Source of the DNA: Alphaproteobacteria bacterium
GTDB taxonomy: Bacteria > Pseudomonadota > Alphaproteobacteria > MPNO01
Direction: 5' to 3'
Assembly: GCA_964291675.2 (NCBI GenBank)
Contig: OZ219866.1
Span: 2,592,001 to 2,656,000, forward strand
DNA length: 64,000 nt
A program made the translations under genes and the position numbers. Below are positions 18,722 through 28,613 of the stretch, piece by piece. Below the pieces are notes generated by a model that did not search any database, was not told where the DNA came from, and was given only the letters and a program-made list of their open reading frames with translations. The stretch's first letter is position 1, and every line of letters starts with the position of its first letter.

Positions 18722-19747
18722 ATGACGGGGCTGGAGCTTCGCGGCGTCGCCGGGCTGCGCGGCGGGATCGGGGGGTTGGCCTCGGTCTGGGGCCTCGTGC
18801 TCGCCATCCCGCTCGCCGTGGCGGCGCTCGACCCGGCGAGCCTCGCCGCGATCCTGGGCGAGGCGCTGGCCGGGTTCGCCGGGACGCTGCCCTGGATCGC
18901 CGCGGCGGTCGCGCTGGTCGCCGGGCTCAAGGCGAGCGGGGCGACCGCGCTGGTGGCGCGCGCCTTCGAGGGCCGCGAGACGCGGATGATCGTCCTCGCC
19001 GCGCTGCTCGGCGGGCTTGCCCCGTTCTGCTCCTGCGAGGTCATCCCGTTCATCGCCGCCATGCTGGCGCTCGGCGCGCCGCTGTCTGCGATCATGGCGT
19101 TCTGGCTGTCCTCGCCGCTGATCGACCCGGCGACCGCGCTGATCACCGCCGCCGCGCTCGGCTGGGAGTTCGCCGCCGGCAAGGCGGTGGCGGCGGTCGC
19201 GCTCGGGCTGGCGGGCGGCTTTGCCGTCCGCCCGCTTGCCCGCCTGCCCGCCTTCGCCGCCCCGCTGCGCGCCGAAAGGGACGGGCTCTGCACCGGCTGC
19301 GAGATCCAGCTCGGGGAAGACACGCTGTGGCGGTTCTGGCGCGAGCCGCCGCGCATGGCGATTTTCCGCGCCGAGGCGGTGGCGAACGCGCGGTTCCTCG
19401 TCAAGTGGCTCGCGCTCGCCTATCTGCTGCAGGCGCTGCTGGTCGCCTACGTGCCGGCGGAGGCGGTCGGCGGGGACGGTGTCGCGTCGATCGCGATCGG
19501 CGCGCTGGTCGGCGCGCCGGCCTATCTCAACGGCTACGCCGCGCCGGCCCTGGTCGCCGGGCTGGTGCAGCAGGGCATGGGCGCGGGCGCGGCGATGGCC
19601 TTCATGGTGGCCGGGTCGGTGAGCTGCATCCCGGCCATGGCGGCGGTGTTCTCGCTGGTGCGCGGCCCGGTGTTCGCCGCCTATGTCGCCCTCGGCATCG
19701 CCGGCGCGATGGCGAGCGGCGCGGCGTTCGGCGCCCTGATGGGCTGA
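18722..19747 (+). CDS. DUF318/ArsP-family permease
   Basis: PFCSCEVIP, MAFWLSSPLIDP, PAYLNGYAA; multi-TM. Confidence 0.85.
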   Translation: MTGLELRGVAGLRGGIGGLASVWGLVLAIPLAVAALDPASLAAILGEALAGFAGTLPWIAAAVALVAGLKASGATALVARAFEGRETRMIVLAALLGGLAPFCSCEVIPFIAAMLALGAPLSAIMAFWLSSPLIDPATALITAAALGWEFAAGKAVAAVALGLAGGFAVRPLARLPAFAAPLRAERDGLCTGCEIQLGEDTLWRFWREPPRMAIFRAEAVANARFLVKWLALAYLLQALLVAYVPAEAVGGDGVASIAIGALVGAPAYLNGYAAPALVAGLVQQGMGAGAAMAFMVAGSVSCIPAMAAVFSLVRGPVFAAYVALGIAGAMASGAAFGALMG

Positions 19748-19833
19748 TCCGCCGGCCCGGCGTCCGCTGGGCAGCGCGAGTCCGGCGCGGCCCGGTGTAT
19801 CCTGCGGCGCGCGGCAACCGGCGGGGGCGGGGC

Positions 19834-20736
19834 ATGGAGTTCAGGACGGTCGGCGGCGAGACGGGCGGCGGTCTCCGCGTGTCCCTGGTCGGGCTCGGCT
19901 GCAACAATTTCGGGCGCCGGCTGGGCGAGCGCGAATCGCGCGCGGTGATCCATGCCGCGCTCGATGCCGGGATCACCCTGTTCGACACCGCGGAGTCCTA
20001 TGGCGGCGGGCGCTCGGAGAAATACATCGGCAAGGCGCTCGGCGCGCGGCGCCGCGAGATCGCGATTGCCACCAAGTTCGGCTGGAGCGGCGGCGCCGCG
20101 CCGCGCAAGGTCGCGAAAGCCGTCGAGGGCAGCCTGAAGCGGCTGCGCACCGAGACGATCGACCTCTACCAGATCCACCGCCCCGACCCGTCGACGCCGA
20201 TCGCCGACACGCTGGAGGCGCTGGATCGGCTGGTGGATCAGGGCAAGGTGCGGTTCGTCGGCTGCTCCAACTTCTCCGGCGCCCAGATCGCCGAGGCGCG
20301 CGCGGTCGCGGACGGACATGGCCGGTGCGCCTTCGTCACCGCGCAGAACCCCTACAGCCTGCTCGACCGGGCGATCGAGGACGACGTGATCCCGGCCTGC
20401 GGCGAGGCGGGGATGGGAATCCTGCCCTACTACCCGCTCGCCAACGGGCTGCTGTCGGGCAAGTACCGGCTGGGCGCGCCCTGGCCCGGCGGCACCAGGC
20501 TGTCCGAATGGCGGGTCACGGATATCGAGTGGGAGCAGGTCGAGGGGCTGGCCCGCTTCGCTCGCGCGGCGGGCCGCTCGCTGCTCGAGCTCGCCTTCTC
20601 CTGGCTCGCCGCGCAGCCCGGCATGCTCAGCGTGATCGCCGGCGCGACGAGCCCCGAGCAGGTGGCGGCGAATGCCGGCGCGGCGGGCTGGCGGCTGACC
20701 GAGGCGGATCTCGCCGAGGTGGAGCGGTTCGTCTGA
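19834..20736 (+). CDS. aldo/keto reductase
   Basis: GLGCNNFG, FDTAESY, IATKFG, DLYQIH, GCSN, PLANGLLSGKY. Confidence 0.92.
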   Translation: MEFRTVGGETGGGLRVSLVGLGCNNFGRRLGERESRAVIHAALDAGITLFDTAESYGGGRSEKYIGKALGARRREIAIATKFGWSGGAAPRKVAKAVEGSLKRLRTETIDLYQIHRPDPSTPIADTLEALDRLVDQGKVRFVGCSNFSGAQIAEARAVADGHGRCAFVTAQNPYSLLDRAIEDDVIPACGEAGMGILPYYPLANGLLSGKYRLGAPWPGGTRLSEWRVTDIEWEQVEGLARFARAAGRSLLELAFSWLAAQPGMLSVIAGATSPEQVAANAGAAGWRLTEADLAEVERFV

Positions 20737-20770
20737 GCTGGCGTTCGCGTTTGAAGAGGGAATTGTCGCA

Positions 20771-21100
20771 ATGAGCGAGAGCGACTTCGAGCCGGTCGAA
20801 GGAAGCGGGAATGCGTTCCGCGACCTCGGCGACCCGCACGCCGATCTGAAACAGGCCAAGGCGATCCTCGCGGCCGGGATCATCGCGGTGCTGGACGAGC
20901 GCGGGCTCACGGTGCGGAAGGCGGGTGCGTTGGCCGGGTTCGCCCCGGCGGATTTCTCGCGCATTCGCAACGCGGATTTCGGGCGGTTCACGCTTGACCG
21001 GTTGATCAGGATGCTTGCGGCGCTGGATGGCGGCCTGCGTGTCACGCTGCGGGTCGAGCCGGGACCTGAGGACGATGCGGCACTGGCGGAACGGGGATGA
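20771..21100 (+). CDS. XRE-family HigA-like antitoxin (orphan)
   Basis: GSGNAFRDLG...QAKA.LAA.I...FSRIRNADFGRFTLDRL. Confidence 0.8.
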   Translation: MSESDFEPVEGSGNAFRDLGDPHADLKQAKAILAAGIIAVLDERGLTVRKAGALAGFAPADFSRIRNADFGRFTLDRLIRMLAALDGGLRVTLRVEPGPEDDAALAERG

Positions 21101-21117
21101 GGCCGAGGCCGGTCTCG

Positions 21118-21250
21118 CGTCCATCGATACGCCCGCTGCGGGGGCTACTCGGGATGAGGGAGGTTGGTATGCCACATACAATGTTCCTCATCCCGGCCAG
21201 GCGCTCCTCGGCTCCGCTTGGGTCAGGCTACGCGCCGCATCGAGGGACGC
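21118..21250. repeat. REP-like palindromic pair, family B
   Basis: GTCCATCGATACGCCC...GCTACTCGGGATGAGG and inverse CCTCATCCCG...ATCGAGGGACG. Confidence 0.65.
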
Positions 21251-21319
21251 CGGTCAGGGTTCCGTCTCCACCCGATACGCTCTAGCATCGCCCGGTTCCC
21301 GCCGAAGGAGGAGGACGCC

Positions 21320-23005
21320 GTGACCGATCCGCTATGGCTCGCGAAATACCCCGAGGGCGTGCAATGGGATGCCGAGATCCCCGAAGGGCCGCTATTCGCG
21401 ATCCTCGACGAGGCGGTCGAACGCTTCCCCGGCAACGAGGCGATGGACTTCCTCGGCAAGCGCTACACCTATGCCGAGCTCGGCGACGCGGTGACGCGCG
21501 CCGCCGCCGGTTTCCGCGCGCTCGGCGTCGCCAAGGGGGTCAAGGTCGGGCTGTTCCTGCCCAACTGCCCGCAATTCGTCATTTCCTTTTTCGGCATCCT
21601 CAAGGCCGGCGGCACGGTGGTCAATTACAGCCCGCTCTATACGGAAGACCAGCTCGCCCACCAGATCGAGGATTCCGGGACCGGGATCATGGTGACGCTC
21701 GGCCTGGAGGCGCTGTACCCGAAGATGGCGGCGCTGCTGGACCGCGGGCTGGTCGGCAAGCTGGTCGTCGGCACCTTGCAGGCCGCCCTGCCGTTCCCCA
21801 AGAGCGTGCTGTTCCCGCTGCTCAAGCGAAGCGAGATCGCCCGCGTGCCGAATGACGACCGGCATGTCGCCTTCGCCCGGCTGCTCGACAACGACGGCGC
21901 CGGCGAGCCGCCCGCGATCGACCCCCGCGCCGACATCGCCGTGCTGCAATATACCGGCGGCACCACCGGGGTCTCCAAGGGCGCCATGCTGACCCACGCC
22001 AACCTCCACGCCAACGTCCACCAGGCGCTGATGTGGAGCCCCGACCTGGTGCCCGGCGAAGAGCGCATGATGGGCGTGCTGCCGTTCTTCCACGTCTTCG
22101 CCATGACCGTGGTGATGAACCTGACCATCGCGCTCGGCGGCTCGATCGTGATGCGCCCGCGCTTCGAGCTCGACCCGGTGCTGGAGGACGTGACGAAGAA
22201 GAAGCCGACGCTGTTCCCCGGCGTGCCCACGATGTACACCGCGATCGTCAACCACCCGAAGCTGGAGAAATTCGACCTGACCTCGATCAAGATCTGCCTG
22301 TCCGGCGGCGCCCCGCTGCCGGGCGAGATCAAGCGCCGCTTCGAGACGCTCTCGGGCTGCAAGCTGGTCGAGGGCTACGGGCTGACCGAGACTTCGCCGC
22401 TGGCCACCGCGAACCCGTTCGACGGGCTCAACAAGGAGGGCTCGATCGGCCTGCCGGTGCCCGGCACCTCGATCGCCATCGTCGACAAGGAGGACCCGCG
22501 AAAGCTGTTGCCGCAGGGCGAGGACGGCGAGATCTGCGTCTCCGGCCCGCAGGTGATGAAGGGCTATTGGGGGCGCGAGGAGGCGACCGCCGAGACCGTC
22601 GTCGACGGCAGGCTGCTCACCGGCGATGTCGGCCATGTCGACGAGGACGGCTACGTCTTCATCATCGACCGCAAGAAGGACCTCGTGCTGGTCAGCGGCT
22701 TCAACGTGTTCCCGCGCAAGGTGGAGGAGGGGATCTACCGCCACGAGGCGGTCGAGGAGGTCACGGTGATCGGCGTGCCGGACGACTACACCGGCGAGGC
22801 GGTCAAGGCCTTCGTCAAGCTCAAGGAGGGGCAGACGCTCGACGCCGACGCGCTCAAGGACTTCCTCGCCGACAAGCTCGGCCGGCACGAGATGCCGAAG
22901 CATGTCGAGTTCCGCGACGAGCTGCCCAAGACGATGATCGGCAAGCTGTCCAAGAAGGAGCTGGTGGCCGAGGAAGAAGCCGCCCGCGAGGCCGCCTCCG
23001 GCTGA
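21320..23005 (+). CDS. long-chain fatty acid--CoA ligase (FadD/PimA-like)
   Basis: AGGAGG RBS + GTG; YTGGTTGVSKG, EGYGLTE, TGD, GKLSK. Confidence 0.92.
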   Translation: MTDPLWLAKYPEGVQWDAEIPEGPLFAILDEAVERFPGNEAMDFLGKRYTYAELGDAVTRAAAGFRALGVAKGVKVGLFLPNCPQFVISFFGILKAGGTVVNYSPLYTEDQLAHQIEDSGTGIMVTLGLEALYPKMAALLDRGLVGKLVVGTLQAALPFPKSVLFPLLKRSEIARVPNDDRHVAFARLLDNDGAGEPPAIDPRADIAVLQYTGGTTGVSKGAMLTHANLHANVHQALMWSPDLVPGEERMMGVLPFFHVFAMTVVMNLTIALGGSIVMRPRFELDPVLEDVTKKKPTLFPGVPTMYTAIVNHPKLEKFDLTSIKICLSGGAPLPGEIKRRFETLSGCKLVEGYGLTETSPLATANPFDGLNKEGSIGLPVPGTSIAIVDKEDPRKLLPQGEDGEICVSGPQVMKGYWGREEATAETVVDGRLLTGDVGHVDEDGYVFIIDRKKDLVLVSGFNVFPRKVEEGIYRHEAVEEVTVIGVPDDYTGEAVKAFVKLKEGQTLDADALKDFLADKLGRHEMPKHVEFRDELPKTMIGKLSKKELVAEEEAAREAASG

Positions 23006-23017
23006 GCGCGCGCGCCC

Positions 23018-23839
23018 TCATCCCGAATGGGCGCCGGGCGCCCGCGCGAGGGCGCAGATCGCGCGCTCCCGGCCGGTCACGGTGAACGAGAAGCCGGCGG
23101 CGGCGTTGCCCGCGCGATCCCGCACCGGCCGGGAATCGGGCGGGGCGTAGGAGATTGTGACCCAATCCCCGTCGCCGACGCTTCCGTCCAGCCCGAGCAG
23201 CACCTGGCGGCCGTCCACCCGGGCGGCGTCGAACGAGCGGGGCGCGCCGCCGACGAACAGCGCGAAGCCGCCCGGGCCGGCGAGCCCGTCCTCGCTCATC
23301 AACGCCTCGTCCCAGGTCACCGCCAGCGTGTCGCCATCGACCGTCGCGAACAGGGCGGTGGGCCGCTCGCCGTCCACCCTGCGGCTCGGGTCGGGGCCGA
23401 GCGCGGGGTGGGTCAGCGACGCCGCCGCGCCGGCGGGGCCCGCGATGCCGCCCTGCGGCGCGCCCAGCCGGTCGGCGGCGACGGCGATCCCGTCGGCGTC
23501 CGCGTCGCCCTCGGCCACTTCATAGGCGAAGGCAAGCGCCGCCGTGCCGCTGCCGCCCCGATAGGCGGCCGGGTGCGCCGCGCCGCCGATGTCGAGCACC
23601 AGCACCGGCGCCGCGCCCGGCGCCACCGTGACCGGCCGGTCGAAGGAGACCGACACCAGGATTTCGTCGCCGATCCCGTAGATCCCGGCGGGGGAGGCGA
23701 AGGCGATGGCGGTGACCGACGCGGTCTGGGGGCAGGTCCGGTCGCCGCCCGGGGCGGTCAGCTGGGCCGCCGCCGGCGCGGCCGACAGCACCGTCAGCAC
23801 GGCCACGGCGATGGGCACGAGGAGGCTTGTGGTGAACAT
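23018..23839 (-). CDS. secreted protein with Ig-like and SwmB-like repeat domains, probably a truncated adhesin
   Basis: Signal peptide; YGIGDEI.VSVSF...GSGT..LAFAYEV..GD.D.DGI; ATVDGDTL...YAPP...RDRAGNAA. Confidence 0.6.
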   Translation of the reverse strand: MFTTSLLVPIAVAVLTVLSAAPAAAQLTAPGGDRTCPQTASVTAIAFASPAGIYGIGDEILVSVSFDRPVTVAPGAAPVLVLDIGGAAHPAAYRGGSGTAALAFAYEVAEGDADADGIAVAADRLGAPQGGIAGPAGAAASLTHPALGPDPSRRVDGERPTALFATVDGDTLAVTWDEALMSEDGLAGPGGFALFVGGAPRSFDAARVDGRQVLLGLDGSVGDGDWVTISYAPPDSRPVRDRAGNAAAGFSFTVTGRERAICALARAPGAHSG

Positions 23840-23960
23840 GTCGCCGCTCCCTGAGTTGCAGAGCGGCCGGCCGCATGTTTCTCAGCTTCGTATATGGGGA
23901 GCGGATGCGCGATTTCGAGAGGCGTGCCCGGAAAGCGAGCGCGGCCGGGCTCCGCGGCTC

Positions 23961-24212
23961 TCAGGCGGGGGCGTCGCCGAGTTCGAGGCGGCGTTCGATC
24001 CGCTCCAGCCGTTCCCCGTGACGGTCCAGGCGCTGGTGGATGTTGGCCACGTCGCGCTGCAGGTTGGCGAGCTGGTTCTGCCGATCGGCCAGGTGCCGCT
24101 CGATCGACGAGACGCGCTGGCGGAGATCGCCGAGCTCGGCATCGATCTTGTCGACCGTCGCGCGGATCGCGCGGAGCTGCGCGAGCGCCGGGTTCCCGAC
24201 CTCGGAGTTCAT
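23961..24212 (-). CDS. small coiled-coil hypothetical protein
   Basis: LAQLRAIR...RLDR...RLERIERRLEL heptad pattern. Confidence 0.65.
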   Translation of the reverse strand: MNSEVGNPALAQLRAIRATVDKIDAELGDLRQRVSSIERHLADRQNQLANLQRDVANIHQRLDRHGERLERIERRLELGDAPA

Positions 24213-24354
24213 GCCGTCGACCTACCCGCGGGGGCCGCCGAAATCGAGCTTCGCCGGACGGTCTCCGCCAAACCGGGTGGAGGCGAATCGGGCTATCGCC
24301 TAGCATTCTGCGGCCCCGGGGACGGGGCGTGGCGAACCGCCTTGCGAGAGAGAG

Positions 24355-25992
24355 ATGCCGGTCGAAATCGCGCGAACCGCGCTCATCCTGAAGGCGGCCG
24401 CCGTCGCGGCTGCGCTGACGCTTGCCGCCGGCGCCGAGGCCGCCTCCACCCATCCCGCGACCGGCGAGAAGCTGGCCCGCGACCAGAGCTTCACCTACCG
24501 ACTGGCCGACCAGTTCCCCACCCTCGACCCGCAGCTCAACGAGGACGTCTCGGGCTTCCACGTGATCCGCGATCTGTTCGAGGGGCTGTTGAACCAGGAC
24601 GCCGAGGGCAACCTCGTTCCCGGCGTGGCGACGGGCTACGCGGCGTCCGAGGGCAACACCGTCTACCGCTTCGCGCTTCGTAAGGACGCGCGCTGGTCGA
24701 ACGGCGATCCGGTCACCGCGCACGACTTCGTCTATGCCTGGCGGCGCGCGGTCGACCCCGCCACGGCGTCGCCCTATGGCTGGTATGTCGAGCTCACCCA
24801 GATCGCCAACGCGAAGCAGATCCTGGCCGGCGAGAAGCCGCCCGAAACGCTCGGCGTCGGCGCCCCGGACGACCGCACGCTGGTGGTCAGGCTCGACCGG
24901 CCGCTGCCCTATTTCCCGGCGATGACCACCTACGCCACCCTGTTCCCGGTGCACCGCGCGACGATCGAGAAACACGGAAAGGCGTGGACCGCGCCCGGCA
25001 GGATGGTCTCCAACGGCGCCTATGTGCTGACCGAGATGGTGCTCAACGAGTACCACAGGCGGGTGAAGAACCCGCTCTACTGGGGCGCGGGCAGGGTGAT
25101 CGTCGAGCGGGTCACCGGCCTCGTCATCAACGATTCGAACCAGGCGCTGACCCGCTACCGGGCGGGCGAGCTCGACCATCTCGAGCCGCTGCCGCCCGGC
25201 CGGTTCCCGGCGCTGAAGAAGGAAATGCCCGATCAGGCGAAGAGCGTGCCGAGGCTCTGCTCCTACTACTACGCGATCAACCACACCGGGAGCGGCAACG
25301 CGGCGCTCCGCGACGTGCGGGTGAGGCGGGCGCTCGGCATGGCGATCGACCGCGAGGTGATCGTGAGCCGGCTGCTCAAGGGCGGGCAGTGGCCGGCCTA
25401 CAACTTCACCCATCTGAAGACCGCCGGGTTCCGCATGCCCGACATCGCCTATGCGAAGCTGAGCCAGGGCGAGCGCGACGCCGAGGCCAGGCGGCTGTTC
25501 GCCGAGTCCGGGGCGCGGGATCTCACGCTGAAGCTGATCTACAACACGTCGGAGAGCCACAGGCAGATCGCCACCGTGATCGGCCAGATGTGGAAGCAGA
25601 AGCTCGGGGTGCGCACCGAGCTCGCCAATTTCGAGTGGAAGACCTATCTCGACATCCGCAAGAACCGGGAGTTCGACTTGGCCCGGTCGGGCTGGTGCGG
25701 CGACTACAACGAGGCCTCGACCTTCCTCGACCTGCTGACCACCCGTCACGGCGCCAATGACGGCGGCTATTCGAATGCGCGGGTGGACGCGCTGATGCGG
25801 CGCTCGCGGACGGCCGAGGACCCGTCCGGGATCTATGTCGAGGTCGAGAAGATCCTCGCCGACGACATGGCGATCATCCCGATCTACCACTACGCCAACA
25901 CCTTCCTGCTCAAGAGCGACATCAGGGGCTGGCCCTACGACAACGTCGAGAACAACTGGTATTCGCGGACGCTCTACCGGGTGGCGGAGTGA
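24355..25992 (+). CDS. oppA: oligopeptide ABC transporter substrate-binding protein
   Basis: TLDPQ, LFEGL, ARWSNGDPVTAHDFVYAWRR, SNGAY, RSGWCGDYN. Confidence 0.9.
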   Translation: MPVEIARTALILKAAAVAAALTLAAGAEAASTHPATGEKLARDQSFTYRLADQFPTLDPQLNEDVSGFHVIRDLFEGLLNQDAEGNLVPGVATGYAASEGNTVYRFALRKDARWSNGDPVTAHDFVYAWRRAVDPATASPYGWYVELTQIANAKQILAGEKPPETLGVGAPDDRTLVVRLDRPLPYFPAMTTYATLFPVHRATIEKHGKAWTAPGRMVSNGAYVLTEMVLNEYHRRVKNPLYWGAGRVIVERVTGLVINDSNQALTRYRAGELDHLEPLPPGRFPALKKEMPDQAKSVPRLCSYYYAINHTGSGNAALRDVRVRRALGMAIDREVIVSRLLKGGQWPAYNFTHLKTAGFRMPDIAYAKLSQGERDAEARRLFAESGARDLTLKLIYNTSESHRQIATVIGQMWKQKLGVRTELANFEWKTYLDIRKNREFDLARSGWCGDYNEASTFLDLLTTRHGANDGGYSNARVDALMRRSRTAEDPSGIYVEVEKILADDMAIIPIYHYANTFLLKSDIRGWPYDNVENNWYSRTLYRVAE

Positions 25993-26040
25993 GGAGAGGA
26001 ATTGCTTCACCTCGACATCGAACGGGGCTAATGCACGCAG

Positions 26041-26283
26041 GTGAAGACGACGCTCGACATCGACGACGACCTGCTGGCGCGCGCGAGGCGCCATGCCAGG
26101 GAAACCGGGCGCCCGCTGCGCGCCCTGGTGGAGGACGGGCTGCGCCGCGTCCTCACCCCGTCCCGGAAGCAGTACCGGCTGGCCGATCTGCGGGCGGGCG
26201 ACCCCGACGCGCCTGACCCGCTGGCAGCCTATTCCTGGCCCCGGCTGCGCGACGCGATCTACGGCGACCCCGGCACGCCATGA
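26041..26283 (+). CDS. VapB-like RHH antitoxin
   Basis: MKTTLDIDDDLL.RA...LVEDGLRR; ATGA overlap with the downstream PIN start. Confidence 0.75.
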   Translation: MKTTLDIDDDLLARARRHARETGRPLRALVEDGLRRVLTPSRKQYRLADLRAGDPDAPDPLAAYSWPRLRDAIYGDPGTP

Positions 26284-26345
26284 TTGCCGTCGACACCGAA
26301 TCCCCGTTCCACGCGCGCCGCCGCGAGACACCGTCCTTCGATAGG
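26280..26345 (+). pseudogene. 5' remnant of VapC/PIN toxin
   Basis: MIAVDT... start, then homology is lost into repeat DNA. Confidence 0.6.
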
Positions 26346-26446
26346 GGCTTATATCGGTTACTTGACGAGCGGGAAGCGAGCGACACCTCTTACATCATGC
26401 CCGGCCCCCGGCACGAGTCGGGAGGCGTTGGTGCTCCCCCAACCCC

Positions 26447-26758
26447 GTCATGGCCGGCCCCCGGATCAAGTCCGGGGGTGATCCGGCCACCCATGCGGCC
26501 TCGCCGCCCGCGAGGCGATCGGCCGGGAGGGGCGGCGGCGCCAGTGGGTGCCCGGATCAAGTCCGGGCATGACGAGAGGGGGCGGGGCGGCGTTCCCGTC
26601 GCCGGTCTGCGCCAGCCGACCTGCCGTCAAGTGATCGGTATAGGCCCCCTTCAATGCGCCGCCTGCGGGGGCTGCTCGCGATGAGGAAGGGGGTGGGGCG
26701 ATCCCGAGAGCAAACCCCTCATCCCGGGTAGGCCCGAAGGGCCGTATCGAGGGACGCC
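26447..26758. repeat. REP-like cluster (family A unit 26447-26573, family B arms 26650-26758)
   Basis: Same arms as 6157-6265 and 4799-4938. Confidence 0.8.
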
Positions 26759-26765
26759 ACGCCCG

Positions 26766-27689
26766 ATGATCGCCTATTTCCTCAAGCGCCTCGCCGTCGC
26801 GGTGCCGACGCTGCTGGTTCTCGTCGTGCTGTCCTATGTGCTGATCCACGCCGCCCCGGGCGGTCCGTTCGACGCCGAGCGCGCGCTGCCGCCCGAGGTG
26901 ATGGCCAATCTGGAGCGCAAGTACGGGCTCGACCAGCCGCTCGCGGTGCAGATCTGGCGCTATCTGCTGGGCATCGTCACCCAGTTCGATTTCGGCCCGT
27001 CCTTCCGCTACAAGGACCAGGGCGTGAACCGGATCATCGCCCAGGGGTTTCCGGTCACGCTGACCTATGGCGCCTGGGCCTTCGCGGCGGCGGTGGCGGT
27101 GGGCATCCCGCTCGGCGTCGCGGCCGCGCTGCGGCACAACACCGTGCTCGACTACCTCGCCGTCGGCGTCTCGGTCGGCGCCCAGGTGCTGCCCAACTTC
27201 GTGATGGCGCCGATCCTGACGCTGGTGTTCACGCTGTGGCTCGGCTGGCTACCGGGCGGCGGCTGGCAGGGCGGGCAGTGGATGTATGTCGTCATGCCGG
27301 TGATAGCGCTGTCGACCTCCTTCATGGCCTCGATCGCCCGCATCGCCCGGTCCTCGATGCTCGACGTGCTGGGCGCCGACTTCATCCGCACCGCCCGCGC
27401 CAAGGGGCTGCCGGCGCGGCGCATCGTGCTCGGCCACGCGCTCAAGCCCGCCATGCTGCCGGTGATCTCCTATCTCGGCCCCGCCTTCGTCGGCATGATC
27501 ACCGGCTCGGTGGTGATCGACGTGTTCTTCGCCACCGGCGGGATCGGGCAGTTCTTCGTCAACTCGGCGCTCAACCGCGATTACCCGGTCATCATGGGGG
27601 TGACCATCCTGACCGGGGCGCTGACGGTGTCGTTCAACCTGCTGGTCGACCTGCTCTATGCCTGGATCGACCCGCGCATCCGCTACTGA
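26766..27689 (+). CDS. oppB: oligopeptide ABC permease
   Basis: APGGPF, DFGPSF, FIRTARAKGL, NRDYP, IDPRIRY. Confidence 0.92.
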   Translation: MIAYFLKRLAVAVPTLLVLVVLSYVLIHAAPGGPFDAERALPPEVMANLERKYGLDQPLAVQIWRYLLGIVTQFDFGPSFRYKDQGVNRIIAQGFPVTLTYGAWAFAAAVAVGIPLGVAAALRHNTVLDYLAVGVSVGAQVLPNFVMAPILTLVFTLWLGWLPGGGWQGGQWMYVVMPVIALSTSFMASIARIARSSMLDVLGADFIRTARAKGLPARRIVLGHALKPAMLPVISYLGPAFVGMITGSVVIDVFFATGGIGQFFVNSALNRDYPVIMGVTILTGALTVSFNLLVDLLYAWIDPRIRY

Positions 27690-27695
27690 GAAGCG

Positions 27696-28610
27696 GTGGT
27701 GCTGTTCGGACGGCGCGCGATGCGGGCGCTGGCGGAACCGCGGGCCGGGCGCTCGCTGTGGCGCGATGCCGGGCGGCGCTTCATGCAGAACCGCGCCGCC
27801 GTGGCGAGCCTCGCAACGCTGGTCCTGGTCGCCGGCTTCGCGCTGCTCGGCGGCCTCATCGCGCCGTGGTCGAACGAGGAGATCGACTGGTCGATGCTCG
27901 GCGCGGTGGCCGAGAAGGGGGCGCCCTCGCTCGCCAACGGCCATTACTTCGGCGTCGACGAGCTCGGCCGCGACCTCTACGCGCGCACCGTCCAGGGCAC
28001 GAGGATCTCGCTCATGGTCGGCATCGCCGGCGCGCTGATCTCGGTGGTGGTGGGCACGCTCTACGGCGCGACCGCGGGCTATTTCGGCGGCCGGCTCGAC
28101 GGCGCCATGATGCGCATCGTCGACGTGCTGATGGCGATCCCCTACATGTTCGTGCTGATCGTCTTCATGGTCGTCTTCGGCCGCTCGATCCTGATGCTGT
28201 TCATCGGCATCGGGCTGGTGAGCTGGCTCGACATGGCGCGCATCGCGCGCGGCCAGACCCTCGCCCTCAGGAACCGGGAGTTCGTCGAGGCGGCGGTCGC
28301 CATCGGCGTGCGGCCTGGCCGCGTCATCGCCCGCCACATCGTCCCCAACCTCGCCGGCGTGGTGATCGTCTACGCCACCCTGCTGGTGCCCTCGATGATC
28401 CTCTATGAGAGCTTCATCAGCTTCCTCGGGCTCGGGGTGCAGGAGCCGGCGACGAGCTGGGGCGCGCTGATCGCCGCCGGCGCCAGCCAGATGCAGTACG
28501 GTACGCTGTGGCAGCTCCTGTTTCCGCTGTTCTTCTTCGTCGTCACGCTGTTCGCCTTCTTCTTCCTCGGCGACGGGCTGCGCGACGCGCTCGACCCGAA
28601 GGACCGCTGA
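27696..28610 (+). CDS. oppC: oligopeptide ABC permease
   Basis: GVDELGRD, EFVEAA, RHIVPN, GDGLRDALDP. Confidence 0.92.
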   Translation: MVLFGRRAMRALAEPRAGRSLWRDAGRRFMQNRAAVASLATLVLVAGFALLGGLIAPWSNEEIDWSMLGAVAEKGAPSLANGHYFGVDELGRDLYARTVQGTRISLMVGIAGALISVVVGTLYGATAGYFGGRLDGAMMRIVDVLMAIPYMFVLIVFMVVFGRSILMLFIGIGLVSWLDMARIARGQTLALRNREFVEAAVAIGVRPGRVIARHIVPNLAGVVIVYATLLVPSMILYESFISFLGLGVQEPATSWGALIAAGASQMQYGTLWQLLFPLFFFVVTLFAFFFLGDGLRDALDPKDR

Positions 28611-28613
28611 GAA

